The notes under the pieces: generated by a model
What the model saw: the letters and a program-made list of their open reading frames with translations, nothing else
Database searches by the model: none
Told to the model about the DNA's origin: nothing
Position numbers and translations under genes: made by a program
Assembly: GCA_963827235.1 (NCBI GenBank)
Contig: CAWHAE010000017.1
Span: 1 to 64,000, forward strand
Source of the DNA: an uncultured bacterium
GTDB taxonomy: Bacteria > Chloroflexota > UBA5177 > JANWHV01
Reading direction: 5' to 3'
DNA length: 64,000 bases
Shown: in pieces, positions 1 to 9,236 of the stretch
Numbering within the stretch: the first letter of the stretch is position 1
Layout of the letters: each line of letters begins with the position of its first letter

Positions 1-124
1 TTGAGCGTAGAAAGACCACTCCCGAGGTGACGGCCAGTCACGTCAGGAAGTCTTGATGGCTCTGCTGCTGGTGATGCACCGGGACCTCCAATCCACAGCA
101 TCACTAGACATTTCTACTGCTCGG
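1..124 (+). ncRNA. Candidate structured non-coding RNA of unassigned family
   Basis: GAGCGTAGAAA (3-13) pairs with TTTCTACTGCTC (111-122) with one bulge. Inside lie an imperfect hairpin at ~31-66 and CTGGTGATGC/GCATCACTAG at ~68-108. An intrinsic terminator follows immediately, and no credible ORF covers it. Confidence 0.35.
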
Positions 125-127
125 TTG

Positions 128-163
128 AAAACCTCTGCGTATGTCAGTACGCAGGGGTTTTTT
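128..163. terminator. Intrinsic terminator, probably bidirectional
   Basis: AAAACCTCTGCGTA-tgtcag-TACGCAGGGGTTTTTT: long stem with a T6 tail on + and A4 on the other side; it lies downstream of the convergent MerR gene. Confidence 0.8.
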
Positions 164-238
164 GTTGGCACTTGCCTGGCTGGCAAGGTGACCACGAGCA
201 GGCGGTCCTGTGACCGCTCGGCACGCAGCCGCCGCGCA

Positions 239-738
239 TTACGGTGGCAGGTCGTCGCGTCGTCTACTCATCACTGTCCTCCCACCCGGAGTCTCGCCAT
301 CACGCCACTTGATGACCGGTCTGCGGCCTGGCCCTTGCGTTTGCATCGAGCAGAGCTCATCCATCTCACGTGCCACCACACCGATATCCATGAAGAGAAA
401 GGCGGACTGGCCGTCCAGGACTGGACCGCCTCCGCTCTGTTGCGGAAGATGAAGACTTCACCGTTGAGCCCGACAAGGCTCAATTCACGCAGAGGATCAG
501 TCGAGTGTTCCCGCAGCTTGTCCACTGCCCTGCGGATCATCTGTAGAGTGATGCCCTGGTCCTTCAGCCGCATCACGACGCGTATGCGTATGAGGTCATC
601 GAAGCTGTAACGACGCTTCACCGCGCCGCCGCCACTGGGCTGCAAGAAGCCTGTCCAGGCCCAGTAGTCGAGCTGTCGGGTGGTTGCACCGGCGAGACGA
701 CAGGCCTGCCCGGTCGTAAAAAGCTCCTGTTGCTCCAA
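239..738 (-). CDS. MerR-family regulator, Rv1830/McdR/FtsR-like, with a 1-bp frameshift at ~420
   Basis: TTG start after GGAGGT; FTTGQACRLAGATTRQLDYWAWTG...RRYSFDDL...LKDQGITLQMIR. Adding one base at ~420 restores EAVQVLDGQSAFLFMDIGVVAREMDEL, which matches the family C-terminus, with a stop at 239-241. Confidence 0.8.
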
Positions 739-767
739 GGTTCTACCTCCGGCACCCAGACGCATCG

Positions 768-816
768 CAACATACATGTTGTAATGGATTATAGGGGGGC
801 AGAGGCGAGTGGTCAA
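768..816 (-). promoter_or_regulatory. Sigma70-type promoter of the MerR gene with a palindromic operator
   Basis: TTGACC (816-811), 17-bp spacer, TATAAT (793-788). The perfect inverted repeat CAACAT-AC-ATGTTG at 768-781 overlaps the expected transcription start. Confidence 0.75.
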
Positions 817-1248
817 AGCGCGGAATGCGAGCGCAGCACGGCCGGCAGCCAGGCGGTGAGCCGAGCGGCGCACCCGGATTACCAAACTTTGGTAACTCCT
901 GGCCGCGACGCCAAGTACTGCTGCAGGCAATCGTGCAGCGCGGTCGTGGCCGCGCTACCGGCGACGCCACGAAGTCCCGCGCCGCTGGAGGTACGCGTGG
1001 TCGTTCGCAGAGGGCGCCGGAAGGCCGGCGCCGCATCGAACAAGCGTGACCTGCGGGATCGCCGATGCTCCTGCGCATGCTGTTGGCGCGGCGACAGCCG
1101 GACACACCGCCTCCCTCCCCGTACGGGTCGCCATCGACTAGGGTGCCGGCTTGTCAATAGCCATCGCGCCGGCCGGCACCTGGACCGAATCCTGAGCAGA
1201 AGCGCGGGCGTTTGCGCCGCCGGCGCTTCCGCTCTGTAGCGATCGGGT

Positions 1249-2381
1249 CTACATAACCATCTCCAGCGGCCATGGCGCGGTGCACGCCGACCACGTAATG
1301 GTGATCGGGGCATCTGGATCCGTCGGCAGTGTCTTGGGCTCATACTGGCCGATCATGCCTTCGGCACGCAGGCGATCGAGCGCCTTTGCCAGTGTGCGAT
1401 TGCTGCCGCCCGTGCGCGTGTTCTGAATGCCGGCTATAGCGATCAGGCGCTCGCGCGCGATCACCAATGGCTTGCCGTGCAAGTCCATCTGACAGCGGGC
1501 CAGGTACTCACGCAGCACCGCCTGCGGCAAGGAGCGCGCGGTTGCGAGGGAACGCCCTCGATGGGACGGAACGCGGGGAATGAGTGTGTAATCAACACCC
1601 GGGCGACCCTCCCTGCTGCGCAGGCCGTCATACCACAGTTGATGAATGCGCACGCCGACGCGGTCTGGGAGGCCCTGCGCGAACACCTCGAGGATGTTCA
1701 GGTGCTGCGTCTCTTCACCGGCTTGATAGCCAACACTCTCCAGTAGCGGTGCAACCACGGCCTGCTGCTGGCGGCCGGCATTCTCGTGCCGGATGCCCAC
1801 GTGCGTGAGGTGCAGCGCCAGAAGGGTGGACGAGATCTGCCGGCGGTCACAGAGTAGTGCCGGCCTTGTGCATCTCGGGCATACCCCATGCGGTCGAGCA
1901 GATCGTTGAGACTGACCGTGAACGCGGGGTTGCGCCAGTTGGGCGGATCGTTCGCGATGGCATACAGGCACAGCATCAGCTCGCCCGCGAACGGGCCCAA
2001 AGCAGCTTTGGCGATCTCCACTGCAGCTTCACGCACGGACTGGGGATCGTCCACGTCGGGAATGGGCACCACGACCATGGTACGTGCGCGATGCAATTCC
2101 CACCGCTCAGGGGCACTGCGACCCTGCTCGTCGAGCAACGGTTGGTGGATGTCCGCTTGCGCCAGGAGGTAGCGATTGTCCACGCCGAACGCGCCATCGG
2201 TGCCTGCCTCCGCGGCAATTCGTCGTCGATAGACAAGCTCCGCCTTGCCCAGCCTGCCGCCGCTGACCTGGTCGACCTCGTGCACCGACCAATCAATGGG
2301 CATCGACGGCAACTGAATGTCGCACTCGGCGGGTCGCTCGGGCAGCCGTCGCGTAGGTTTGAACGTACGAGCGCCCGCCAT
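1249..2381 (-). CDS. Putative replication initiator (Rep, two winged-helix domains), ~377 aa, with a 1-bp frameshift at ~1850
   Basis: ORFs 1698-2510 and 1249-1971 join at HYS/DRRQISSTLLAL. WH-like segments AFTVSLNDLLDRMGY and PLVIARERLIAIAGI..NRTLAKALDRLRAEGMIGQYE recall TrfA/Rep_3-type initiators. Iteron-like repeats lie upstream and a TA pair is adjacent. Confidence 0.6.
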
Positions 2382-2456
2382 GGCACTTCCCTTCAGGCAG
2401 CGGTCCACCAGGCACGTGAGCCTGTATTGCACCGATTGAGGACTTCCTCCAAGCGT

Positions 2457-2486
2457 AGTATGTGCCGCCCAACCGCAGGCGATCAA
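2457..2486 (-). promoter_or_regulatory. Possible rep promoter abutting the repeat array
   Basis: TTGATC (2486-2481), 18-bp spacer, CATACT (2462-2457); the -35 lies ~10 bp from the first repeat core. Confidence 0.4.
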
Positions 2487-2490
2487 GAGC

Positions 2491-2650
2491 TTTCCCGCGC
2501 CTTCACGCAAGTCGCATCCGCGCCTTCACGCGCCCGGTGCTCGCGCCTTCACGCATCTGGTGCCAGGAAATAAAGCATTCGGTGCTCGCGCCTTCACGCA
2601 TCTGGTGCCTGCACCTTCACGCAACACGTGCTCGCTCGTTCACGCGCGGG
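2491..2650. repeat. Iteron-like array: six 23-bp direct repeats plus one AT-rich degenerate slot (putative oriV)
   Basis: Core CGCGCCTTCACGC or variants at 2496, 2519, 2542, 2587, 2610 and 2633; consensus GTGCTCGCGCCTTCACGCATCTG. The 2560-2581 slot is GTGCCAGGAAATAAAGCATTCG. Confidence 0.85.
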
Positions 2651-2786
2651 GTGCCTGCTGTTCGACCCCCCGCCATAGCTGTCGTAGGACCATGGACTGG
2701 ATGGAAGGACACTGTACTTGATGCCAAGGCTCCCTACGCGGCTATCCGGCACGGCGGCGGCTGTGCGCCGGAAAGACTGAGCACGG

Positions 2787-3146
2787 CTAGGTCTGCGGCT
2801 GGCCACCGACCGCAATGATGATCGCGTTGACTGTTTCGTCCAGGATCGATGCTGGCACCGCTGTGCCAAGCGGCCCGTCGTGCAGAAAGTCGCGGTCGAG
2901 CGTTGCGATCTCTTCGCAGAAGAGTACGCTAGCGTGCAGCACACCACCCGTCCCCGCCTCCAGCGGCACGTGCGTCGGGCTCGCACGGCCAGTCGAGAAG
3001 TTGGGCACCACAATGACGTCGTCAGACCGGCGGTTGCGCGTGTTTTCCGAGATCACGAGAGCTGGGCGCGGCTGATGCGGATCATTCGGCTGGCATGGCG
3101 TGTAGACGTACCACACGTCGCCGCGGCGAGGAAACGTTTCCGCCAT
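2787..3146 (-). CDS. mazF: Type II toxin, MazF/PemK family endoribonuclease
   Basis: PRRGDVWYV...PHQPRPALVISENTRNRRSDDVIVVP...SVLFCEEIATLDR; 119 aa. Confidence 0.92.
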   Translation of the reverse strand: MAETFPRRGDVWYVYTPCQPNDPHQPRPALVISENTRNRRSDDVIVVPNFSTGRASPTHVPLEAGTGGVLHASVLFCEEIATLDRDFLHDGPLGTAVPASILDETVNAIIIAVGGQPQT

Positions 3147-3147
3147 C

Positions 3148-3426
3148 TTAGCGGCGTGTCGCTGCGTACGTAGCAGCCGCGCGCCGAATGGCGCGCCATT
3201 CCTGCAGTTCTTGCTGCACGGTTGCGGATTCCGGCTCCTCGTACTGCCGCTCCAGCTCGGCTTGAACCTGCCGGCGCCGGAAGTCGCGCAGGGCCTCTTC
3301 CACCACGCGGCTGCGATTCGTCGTCGGATGCGCGGCCACGTAGGCGTCCAGGTACTTGATCGTCGCTCCGTCCAGAGAAAGACTGATCTTTTGCCGACGG
3401 TCGTCGGGCGATCGCTGCGCTACCAT
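3148..3426 (-). CDS. Ribbon-helix-helix antitoxin (MazE/CopG-like)
   Basis: RQKISLSLDGATIKYLDAYV...NRSRVVEEALR, acidic C-terminus, translationally coupled upstream of mazF; TACC-tct-GGTA palindrome at its RBS. Confidence 0.85.
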   Translation of the reverse strand: MVAQRSPDDRRQKISLSLDGATIKYLDAYVAAHPTTNRSRVVEEALRDFRRRQVQAELERQYEEPESATVQQELQEWRAIRRAAATYAATRR

Positions 3427-3559
3427 TGTTCGTACCTCTGGTAAGACGTTTCCTGCTCCGGATCAAAGAGTACCGTGCACGCCTGTGCGGCGTCCAGCTC
3501 GCGCCGTGGCTCGTCACACCGGATCTGGGCTGGCCCAACTGGCGCGCCAGCGATTTCGA

Positions 3560-3830
3560 TCGTGGAGCCCAGATCTGCAAGGCGTGACCTGCACCGCAGC
3601 AGGCGCTGCATTGCCGTGGGCGGGGCGTTCGATGTAGACACGGATACCTCTAGGGGCACAATCGCCACCAACGCGGATGGGGGCGCCACCTGGAATGACG
3701 TCGCCACTGGCATCGGTACGAGCCTTTGGGGAGTCTCCTGCAGCCAGATGCCGATTTGTGTCGCGGTAGGTGACGGTGGCACCATTCTCACCAGCACGGA
3801 CGTGGGCGCAACCCGGAACATCAACTTCTC
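3560..3830 (+). pseudogene. Fragment of a Cys-rich BNR/YCF48-like beta-propeller gene
   Basis: DLQGVTCTAAG|RCIAVGG...DGGATW...SLWGVSCSQMPICVAVGDGGTILTSTDVGAT is split over two frames and has the same repeat unit as 37003-37974. Confidence 0.7.
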
Positions 3831-4074
3831 TGGCAACTGCCACCCGCTTTGGGGCCACGTCTGCCCAGACCTCCGCGCAGTAGCCTGCGTAACCGGCGGC
3901 ACGTGTCTGAAGCTGGTCCGCCAAGCGCCTGGCCCTTGCCGAAGGCGGCCCGGTACATTTTCTGGCGAGAGCATGCGTGCCAACCTCCGCTAGGGTGTGA
4001 GGCGGGTAGCGCTGCGCCAAGACTTCGACAGGCGCCGTGGATACCGCGAAGGTGAATGCCGTGGGAGGTACCGG

Positions 4075-4830
4075 ATGAGTCAAGGGTCTGAGCCCCGGCG
4101 CGGTGACAAGTCTGTTGGCCCCGGCAAGGCGCAGCCGCACCGCTCCGATGCGGCGCGGCCTGAAGCGAAATGCCGAAACGTGCTCGGCGAGATCGACAGT
4201 ATGCGAGCTGACCTGCTCCATGACGTGGACGCACGGTTCGCGCCTATGGTTCTCGAGCTGGAAACCGCTCTTCACACGTCGTCCGCAACCACGGCTCCGC
4301 TCGCGCGCCTATATCGGCAACAACTCGCGGCCCTCACGGAGGCGCAGAGGGACACGCGGCAACTGGTAGCCAAGCGCTTGGCCTTGACACGCCGAACATG
4401 CGAGGACCTCCAGAATCACGCGGGGTCAATCACGGCATCGCCGCGGGCATCAGTTGGCGGCGCGGCGGCTTCGGGTGGCCGCGCCGCATCCACGCAAAAC
4501 AAGCTCGACCTCCACGGACTGGGAGCCGAAGAGGCGAAGAGGGTGGTCGACAGGTTCCTGCGTGAAGCCCATGACGGCAACGAGCTCCGCGTAATCGTCA
4601 TCCACGGGCAGGGTAATCACAGCAAGGGCGGACCGGTTCTGCGCGCTGGTATTCGGGCCTATCTCTCACACCATCGGCTGGTCGAGCGGACGGAGACCGC
4701 TGGCCCCGCGGACGGCGGCGACGGCGCCACGATAGCATACCTTCGTCGCGATATCCTGCCGGCACGAGGTACTACTGCAACTCCATCACGAAGCTCGACG
4801 TTCCGCTCGCGCCGGACGTCGACGCCCTGA
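4075..4830 (+). CDS. Smr/MutS2 C-terminal domain protein with an N-terminal coiled coil
   Basis: KLDLHGLGAEEA...VIVIHGQGNHSKGGPVLRAGI...GGDGATIAYL; GGAGGT RBS before ATG 4075. Confidence 0.88.
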   Translation: MSQGSEPRRGDKSVGPGKAQPHRSDAARPEAKCRNVLGEIDSMRADLLHDVDARFAPMVLELETALHTSSATTAPLARLYRQQLAALTEAQRDTRQLVAKRLALTRRTCEDLQNHAGSITASPRASVGGAAASGGRAASTQNKLDLHGLGAEEAKRVVDRFLREAHDGNELRVIVIHGQGNHSKGGPVLRAGIRAYLSHHRLVERTETAGPADGGDGATIAYLRRDILPARGTTATPSRSSTFRSRRTSTP

Positions 4831-6269
4831 CGGCAGTGTGTGCAAGTGCGGGTGACGTGTCGGGCACTACGACTGTCTCATGCACCCCGGCATGGACGGA
4901 AGCATCACCATACTTCCCTGAAGAACACTGCCAATGTGACGTCCGGCCTCGGCCACCGGGGACTGCCGCTCGGCGGGGGTCGGTGCCTCAGGCAAGGAGC
5001 ATGCGATGACCGTCACGAGGCGAGCTCGGCGTTTCCAGTGGCTTCTGGCGGGACCCCGCTTGAGCCTTCGCCTGACGGGCGCCGGGGTGGGCCTCCTGAG
5101 CATTCGAGGCGCGGGCTCCTACTCTGGAGCAGCAGCTGCACGCTCGGCGCCCGTTGATTGGCGCCTGGTCTTGCACCGGCAAACCGTGCCCTTCTCAGGG
5201 ACCGTTGCCGGCAGTCGAGGCGACTGCCTCCACAGGGCACATTGTGGTTCTGCTTCGCCGTGTCAGCAGGCTCGGCATGATTGATAGGCGTTCCACGCCG
5301 TGGTAATGGTTCTCGGCAGATATCGTGGCCGCCGGCATGCCGCTACCCTACGTGTACGTCGGCTTCGACCACGGGGTCGCGGTAGTGACGGCGACTGCGC
5401 CCGTGATGATCGTAAGGCTTGCAGCGAGTGCAAGAGCGACACGTGGTCTCACCAACCCATGCAACGTGGGTGTCGGGAAATCGGCTCCTGAACGCCAGAG
5501 TTCAGGGAGAAGAGGCGCGGCCAGCACGCCGAGTGCTGCTGCGGACAGAGATCGTTGTCAGGGAACCGAGCGGTGTCCAGCCGGTGGCCAAACGAGTTCG
5601 CCAATGACGCTGAAGGCATTTGCCTGGAGGCGATAGTGCTCGCCGCCCATTTCCGACAAAGGCGTGAGATGCGCAGGTCTGACTGCGACGAGGAGCACGG
5701 CCGTCGGACCGGCGTCGAATCGCGCTCCGTACGGAACCCGGGGATTACCGGAATGGCAGGTCGATGGCAACCCAGGTGACGCTCACAAGGCTTCAAGAGT
5801 GGACTAGAGCGGTCTGCTTCTGGTTTCGTCCGTTTGGCTGAGGGCACAGTCCGTTCCAAGACTGACATTGGAGGGGCTGGGGGCAGGCCTGGCAGTGCTG
5901 ACATCGTGTTCGCGCATGTGCTCGCTCTGGAACATGTCTCATTCGGCGGCCTCACACGTCTTTGCGTGTTCTCCAGATACATGGTCGGCAAGCGCGCCAC
6001 GCGGGATATGCGTGCGCGGTGTACGCCCCCTTCAATGCCAACTCGGGCGACGGTACCGCATAGCTCTGCCTTGCAGCGGCACAGCGTTGCGGGCGAATGC
6101 GACCCGAACTGGCTGTCGCTCATCGCGCCGGGCAAACGAGCGGCTCCTCCGCTCCGAGCGGTCGGAAACACAATCTGCAGTGTGCGGTGCGACTCATCAC
6201 AGGTCTACGCGTTCGAGCCGTGCCGTTGGGGAACCGGACCCGAAGACATCTTCTGGAGAGAGGTGGATA

Positions 6270-7463
6270 ATGGAGTGCTCGATCGTTCAAGTCAGATGGA
6301 GCACGCGATTGGCTTTGCGGCTGGTCGCGTGTTTGGTACCGCTAACGTTCTTACTGCTAGGCGTGCCGGCACAAGCTGCTGCTATTGCCACGGCGCCGGC
6401 GTCGATTTCAAGACTTCTGATCACCCCGTCGACCGTCGTGCCGGCGGGGCGCGTTCTCCTCACAGGCTCAGGTTTCTTTCCGGGTGAGCAAGTACTGTTG
6501 CGGCTGGACAACGTCCTTGTAGGAAGCTGCTTCACCAATGGGCACGGCACTTTCAGCACTGCACGCACCCTCAATACATCTCAGGGCACCCACACTGTGA
6601 CGGTCGTTGGCAGCGTCAGCCACCGGGCGGCCTCCACAACGCTGCGGGTAGTTCAACCGGTTATCACGAGCACAGAGGTCGCTCCAAATACCGTTCATCG
6701 TGACGGCATCGTGCGTGTGAGTAGCACCAACTTCGTTCCCGGTGAGCTGGTCCTGATCCGCATCGGCAGCACACTCGTACAGGCAGCGACGGCAGACCAC
6801 CGTGGGCGCATCGTTGATGTTGCTTGTACTGTGCCGAGCACGGCCGCCCACGGGGTAACCTACGTTACCAGCACTGGTTCGCGCAGCGAGCGTAGCTCGA
6901 GGGCTGCGTTGCGAATCACTCTGGTGCCATCAGCCAGCACGCAGCTCGCCCTTTCGTCGACGAGCCTTCATCGCGGAAGCACGGTCAGCGTCTCTGGTGG
7001 CGGCTTTCGGGGTGGGGAGATCGTGTTGATTCGCCTGGGCGGAGGACTCGTGCAAGCGGCAGTAGCCGATGCGCGCGGCAACTTTAGCAAGGCCAGATTC
7101 GGAGTGCCGGCGAATACCCCATATGGGAGCTTCCCCGTCACGGCCACCGGCGCGCGTAGCGGGCGTTCTGCGCTCGTGGAAGTGCGCATAACCATGGCGG
7201 TCAGCGCCGGGATCTCGGGCTCACCTACAGTGGTGGGGCGTCAGGGTATCGTCACGCTGTCTGGCTATGGCTTCCAGTCAGGCGAGATTGTGATTATCCG
7301 CCTCAACGGACAGGTGGTTCAGGCGGTCACCGCGGATGGCCATGGGAGCTTTGTGCACACGAGCTTCCAGATTCCGGAGCGATTCCACAAGATCAAGGCG
7401 ACGTTGCTGGCGAGCGGAGCGCGCAGCAGTCGTCACGCCCAGATACGCATCGTGATCTTCTAG
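6270..7463 (+). CDS. Secreted protein with four tandem Ig-like (IPT/TIG-like) repeats
   Basis: Signal peptide ending PAQA. Four ~88-aa repeats with a GxGFxxGExVxIRL...VQAxxADxxGxF motif. Confidence 0.75.
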   Translation: MECSIVQVRWSTRLALRLVACLVPLTFLLLGVPAQAAAIATAPASISRLLITPSTVVPAGRVLLTGSGFFPGEQVLLRLDNVLVGSCFTNGHGTFSTARTLNTSQGTHTVTVVGSVSHRAASTTLRVVQPVITSTEVAPNTVHRDGIVRVSSTNFVPGELVLIRIGSTLVQAATADHRGRIVDVACTVPSTAAHGVTYVTSTGSRSERSSRAALRITLVPSASTQLALSSTSLHRGSTVSVSGGGFRGGEIVLIRLGGGLVQAAVADARGNFSKARFGVPANTPYGSFPVTATGARSGRSALVEVRITMAVSAGISGSPTVVGRQGIVTLSGYGFQSGEIVIIRLNGQVVQAVTADGHGSFVHTSFQIPERFHKIKATLLASGARSSRHAQIRIVIF

Positions 7464-7634
7464 AAGGCGCGGTGAGCGATCGACGACGTAGCCAGAGCGT
7501 GACTGAGTTGAAAGCACAAGCGCACGGTCAGCACTACCGGGAGTGCATCGATGCCTGCGGCGCAGCTATTCTGATCTTTGTTCCTCACACGCGACCCATC
7601 CCCAGCCTAGCACGCTGCAGAAAGGACTCTCGCC

Positions 7635-8897
7635 ATGCACGTTGCCGCGTTCCCTCGTATGGCCCTCCGAGTTTGCTCGCACGCAGCGTGGCCGCCCGTA
7701 CGACAGCGGGATCACTGGCCTCGACCGCACAAGTCCCTGATCGCCGTCGCGGCCGTGACCATGCTTTGCGCCATGGCTTCCGCCGGCGGGAGAGGTACTG
7801 CAGGCTCAGCGAGCGTGCTGGCCGCAGCCCGGGTCGACAGAACCGATGCCGCCGGCATCACCTGGCTGTGCCGCCCTGGCCTGCCTGATGACCCTTGCGC
7901 GGCGAATTCGGCTGCCACTGCTATCCAGGCCGATGGCGCGAGAACCCTGGTGCCCGCTGCACCGGCCGCCACTCCCGCCGTCGACTGCTTCTATGTCTAT
8001 CCCACCGCAAGCACCGAGCATACGCTCAACGCCGACCTGACTGTGCAGCCGGCTGAGGTTGCCGCCGCCGTCGCGCAGGCCTCGCGCTTCTCGCAGGTGT
8101 GCGAGGTGTGGGCACCAATGTACCGCCAGCATACGCTCTATGCGCTGGCGACCGGCAAGCTCACCGCTGCGGTCCTGGCGACGGCCTACCAGAGCCTGCT
8201 AAAGGGCTGGAAAGACTATCTCACGCACTACAACCATGGTCGGCCGCTTGTCCTTATCGGCCATTCGCAGGGCGACTTGATGCTGATCGCCCTCCTCGAG
8301 CAGGAGTTTGACCGCAATTCCGCCCTGCGCCGCCGGCTGGTGTCGGCGATTGTACCGGGAGGCAATGTCACGGTACCCACCACGGCCGGCGCCACAGGTA
8401 GCTTCCAGCATATCCCCGCCTGCCGCAGCGCCGGGCAAGTCGGCTGCGTCATCGCCTACTCGACGTATCCCACCCAGCCGCCGCCCGACAGCCTCTTCGG
8501 ACGTCCGGGCCAGGGTGCGGTGCTGCCCGGGGTGCAATCGACCGTGGCTGGACTGCAGGTCCTCTGCACGAATCCGGCTGCACTGGGCGGCGGCCGCGGC
8601 GCACTAGATTCCTTCTATCCGACCTCAGACCTGCCGCCGCGTGGGGTGCAGGTGACCACGCCGTGGGTAGAGTATCCCAACCGCTACACGGCACAGTGCG
8701 AGCACGCTGGTGGGGCGACCTGGCTGGAGGTGACGTCGACGCACCTCCCGGGCGACCAGCGTCCGCGGCTTCGAGAGGGGCGCACTGGGCTCACCGGGCC
8801 GCGCTGGGGCTTCCATATCGCCGACATCAACTTGGGGCTCGGCAACCTCATCCGTGATGTCCAGGCTGAGGAGCGGGCGTACCGCTCGACGCCGTGA
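7635..8897 (+). CDS. DUF3089-family secreted alpha/beta hydrolase
   Basis: WLCRPG..DDPC, VDCFYVYPT, WAPMYRQ, GHSQG nucleophile elbow, GFHIAD; start codon uncertain. Confidence 0.85.
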   Translation: MHVAAFPRMALRVCSHAAWPPVRQRDHWPRPHKSLIAVAAVTMLCAMASAGGRGTAGSASVLAAARVDRTDAAGITWLCRPGLPDDPCAANSAATAIQADGARTLVPAAPAATPAVDCFYVYPTASTEHTLNADLTVQPAEVAAAVAQASRFSQVCEVWAPMYRQHTLYALATGKLTAAVLATAYQSLLKGWKDYLTHYNHGRPLVLIGHSQGDLMLIALLEQEFDRNSALRRRLVSAIVPGGNVTVPTTAGATGSFQHIPACRSAGQVGCVIAYSTYPTQPPPDSLFGRPGQGAVLPGVQSTVAGLQVLCTNPAALGGGRGALDSFYPTSDLPPRGVQVTTPWVEYPNRYTAQCEHAGGATWLEVTSTHLPGDQRPRLREGRTGLTGPRWGFHIADINLGLGNLIRDVQAEERAYRSTP

Positions 8898-9236
8898 CAG
8901 GGGTGCATCACGTTTTGGGGGCGGATTGCCTCGGGCCGTCCTGGCTCGCGGCGCAGTGGACTGGCGCCGCGGGGAGCCGCGCGCTACTACCGCGCAAAGC
9001 CCTTCCGATGGAAACCACTACACTTTAGTGTCCACCATGATGACGAACATCGCCAACATCGGCGACAGCGGCACCTACGACAAGGTCACCGACACTTGTT
9101 AGGTTGTCGCCCAAGCGAGGGATTTAACCGGGCGCACAATCCGTAGTCTCCTGGAGAGGGGCCGCGCGGGGTTCACCGAACAGAATGCTTCCGCTTGCCG
9201 CCCGCCGGTGCTCCAGGCGCGAGAGGAGAGAGCCCA

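Noticed and set aside
1-124. SRP RNA, tmRNA, T-box or a common riboswitch
   Set aside because: It lacks the SRP CAGG-GNRA-AGCA motif, a tRNA-like CCA end, the T-box sequence and recognisable aptamer consensus; kept only as an unassigned candidate.
2491-2650. CRISPR array
   Set aside because: The repeats are contiguous 23-bp units without unique 30-40 bp spacers, and no cas genes are present.
4990-5800. Possible secreted-protein gene after an AAGGAG RBS
   Set aside because: Only short broken frames with no recognisable family; may be a decayed gene but cannot be supported.
6141-6262. c-di-AMP (ydaO) riboswitch suggested by GGGGAACC upstream of a secreted protein
   Set aside because: The other conserved elements (GCTGAATCC, GGGGTGAAT, CCGTCAGCTAAC) are absent.
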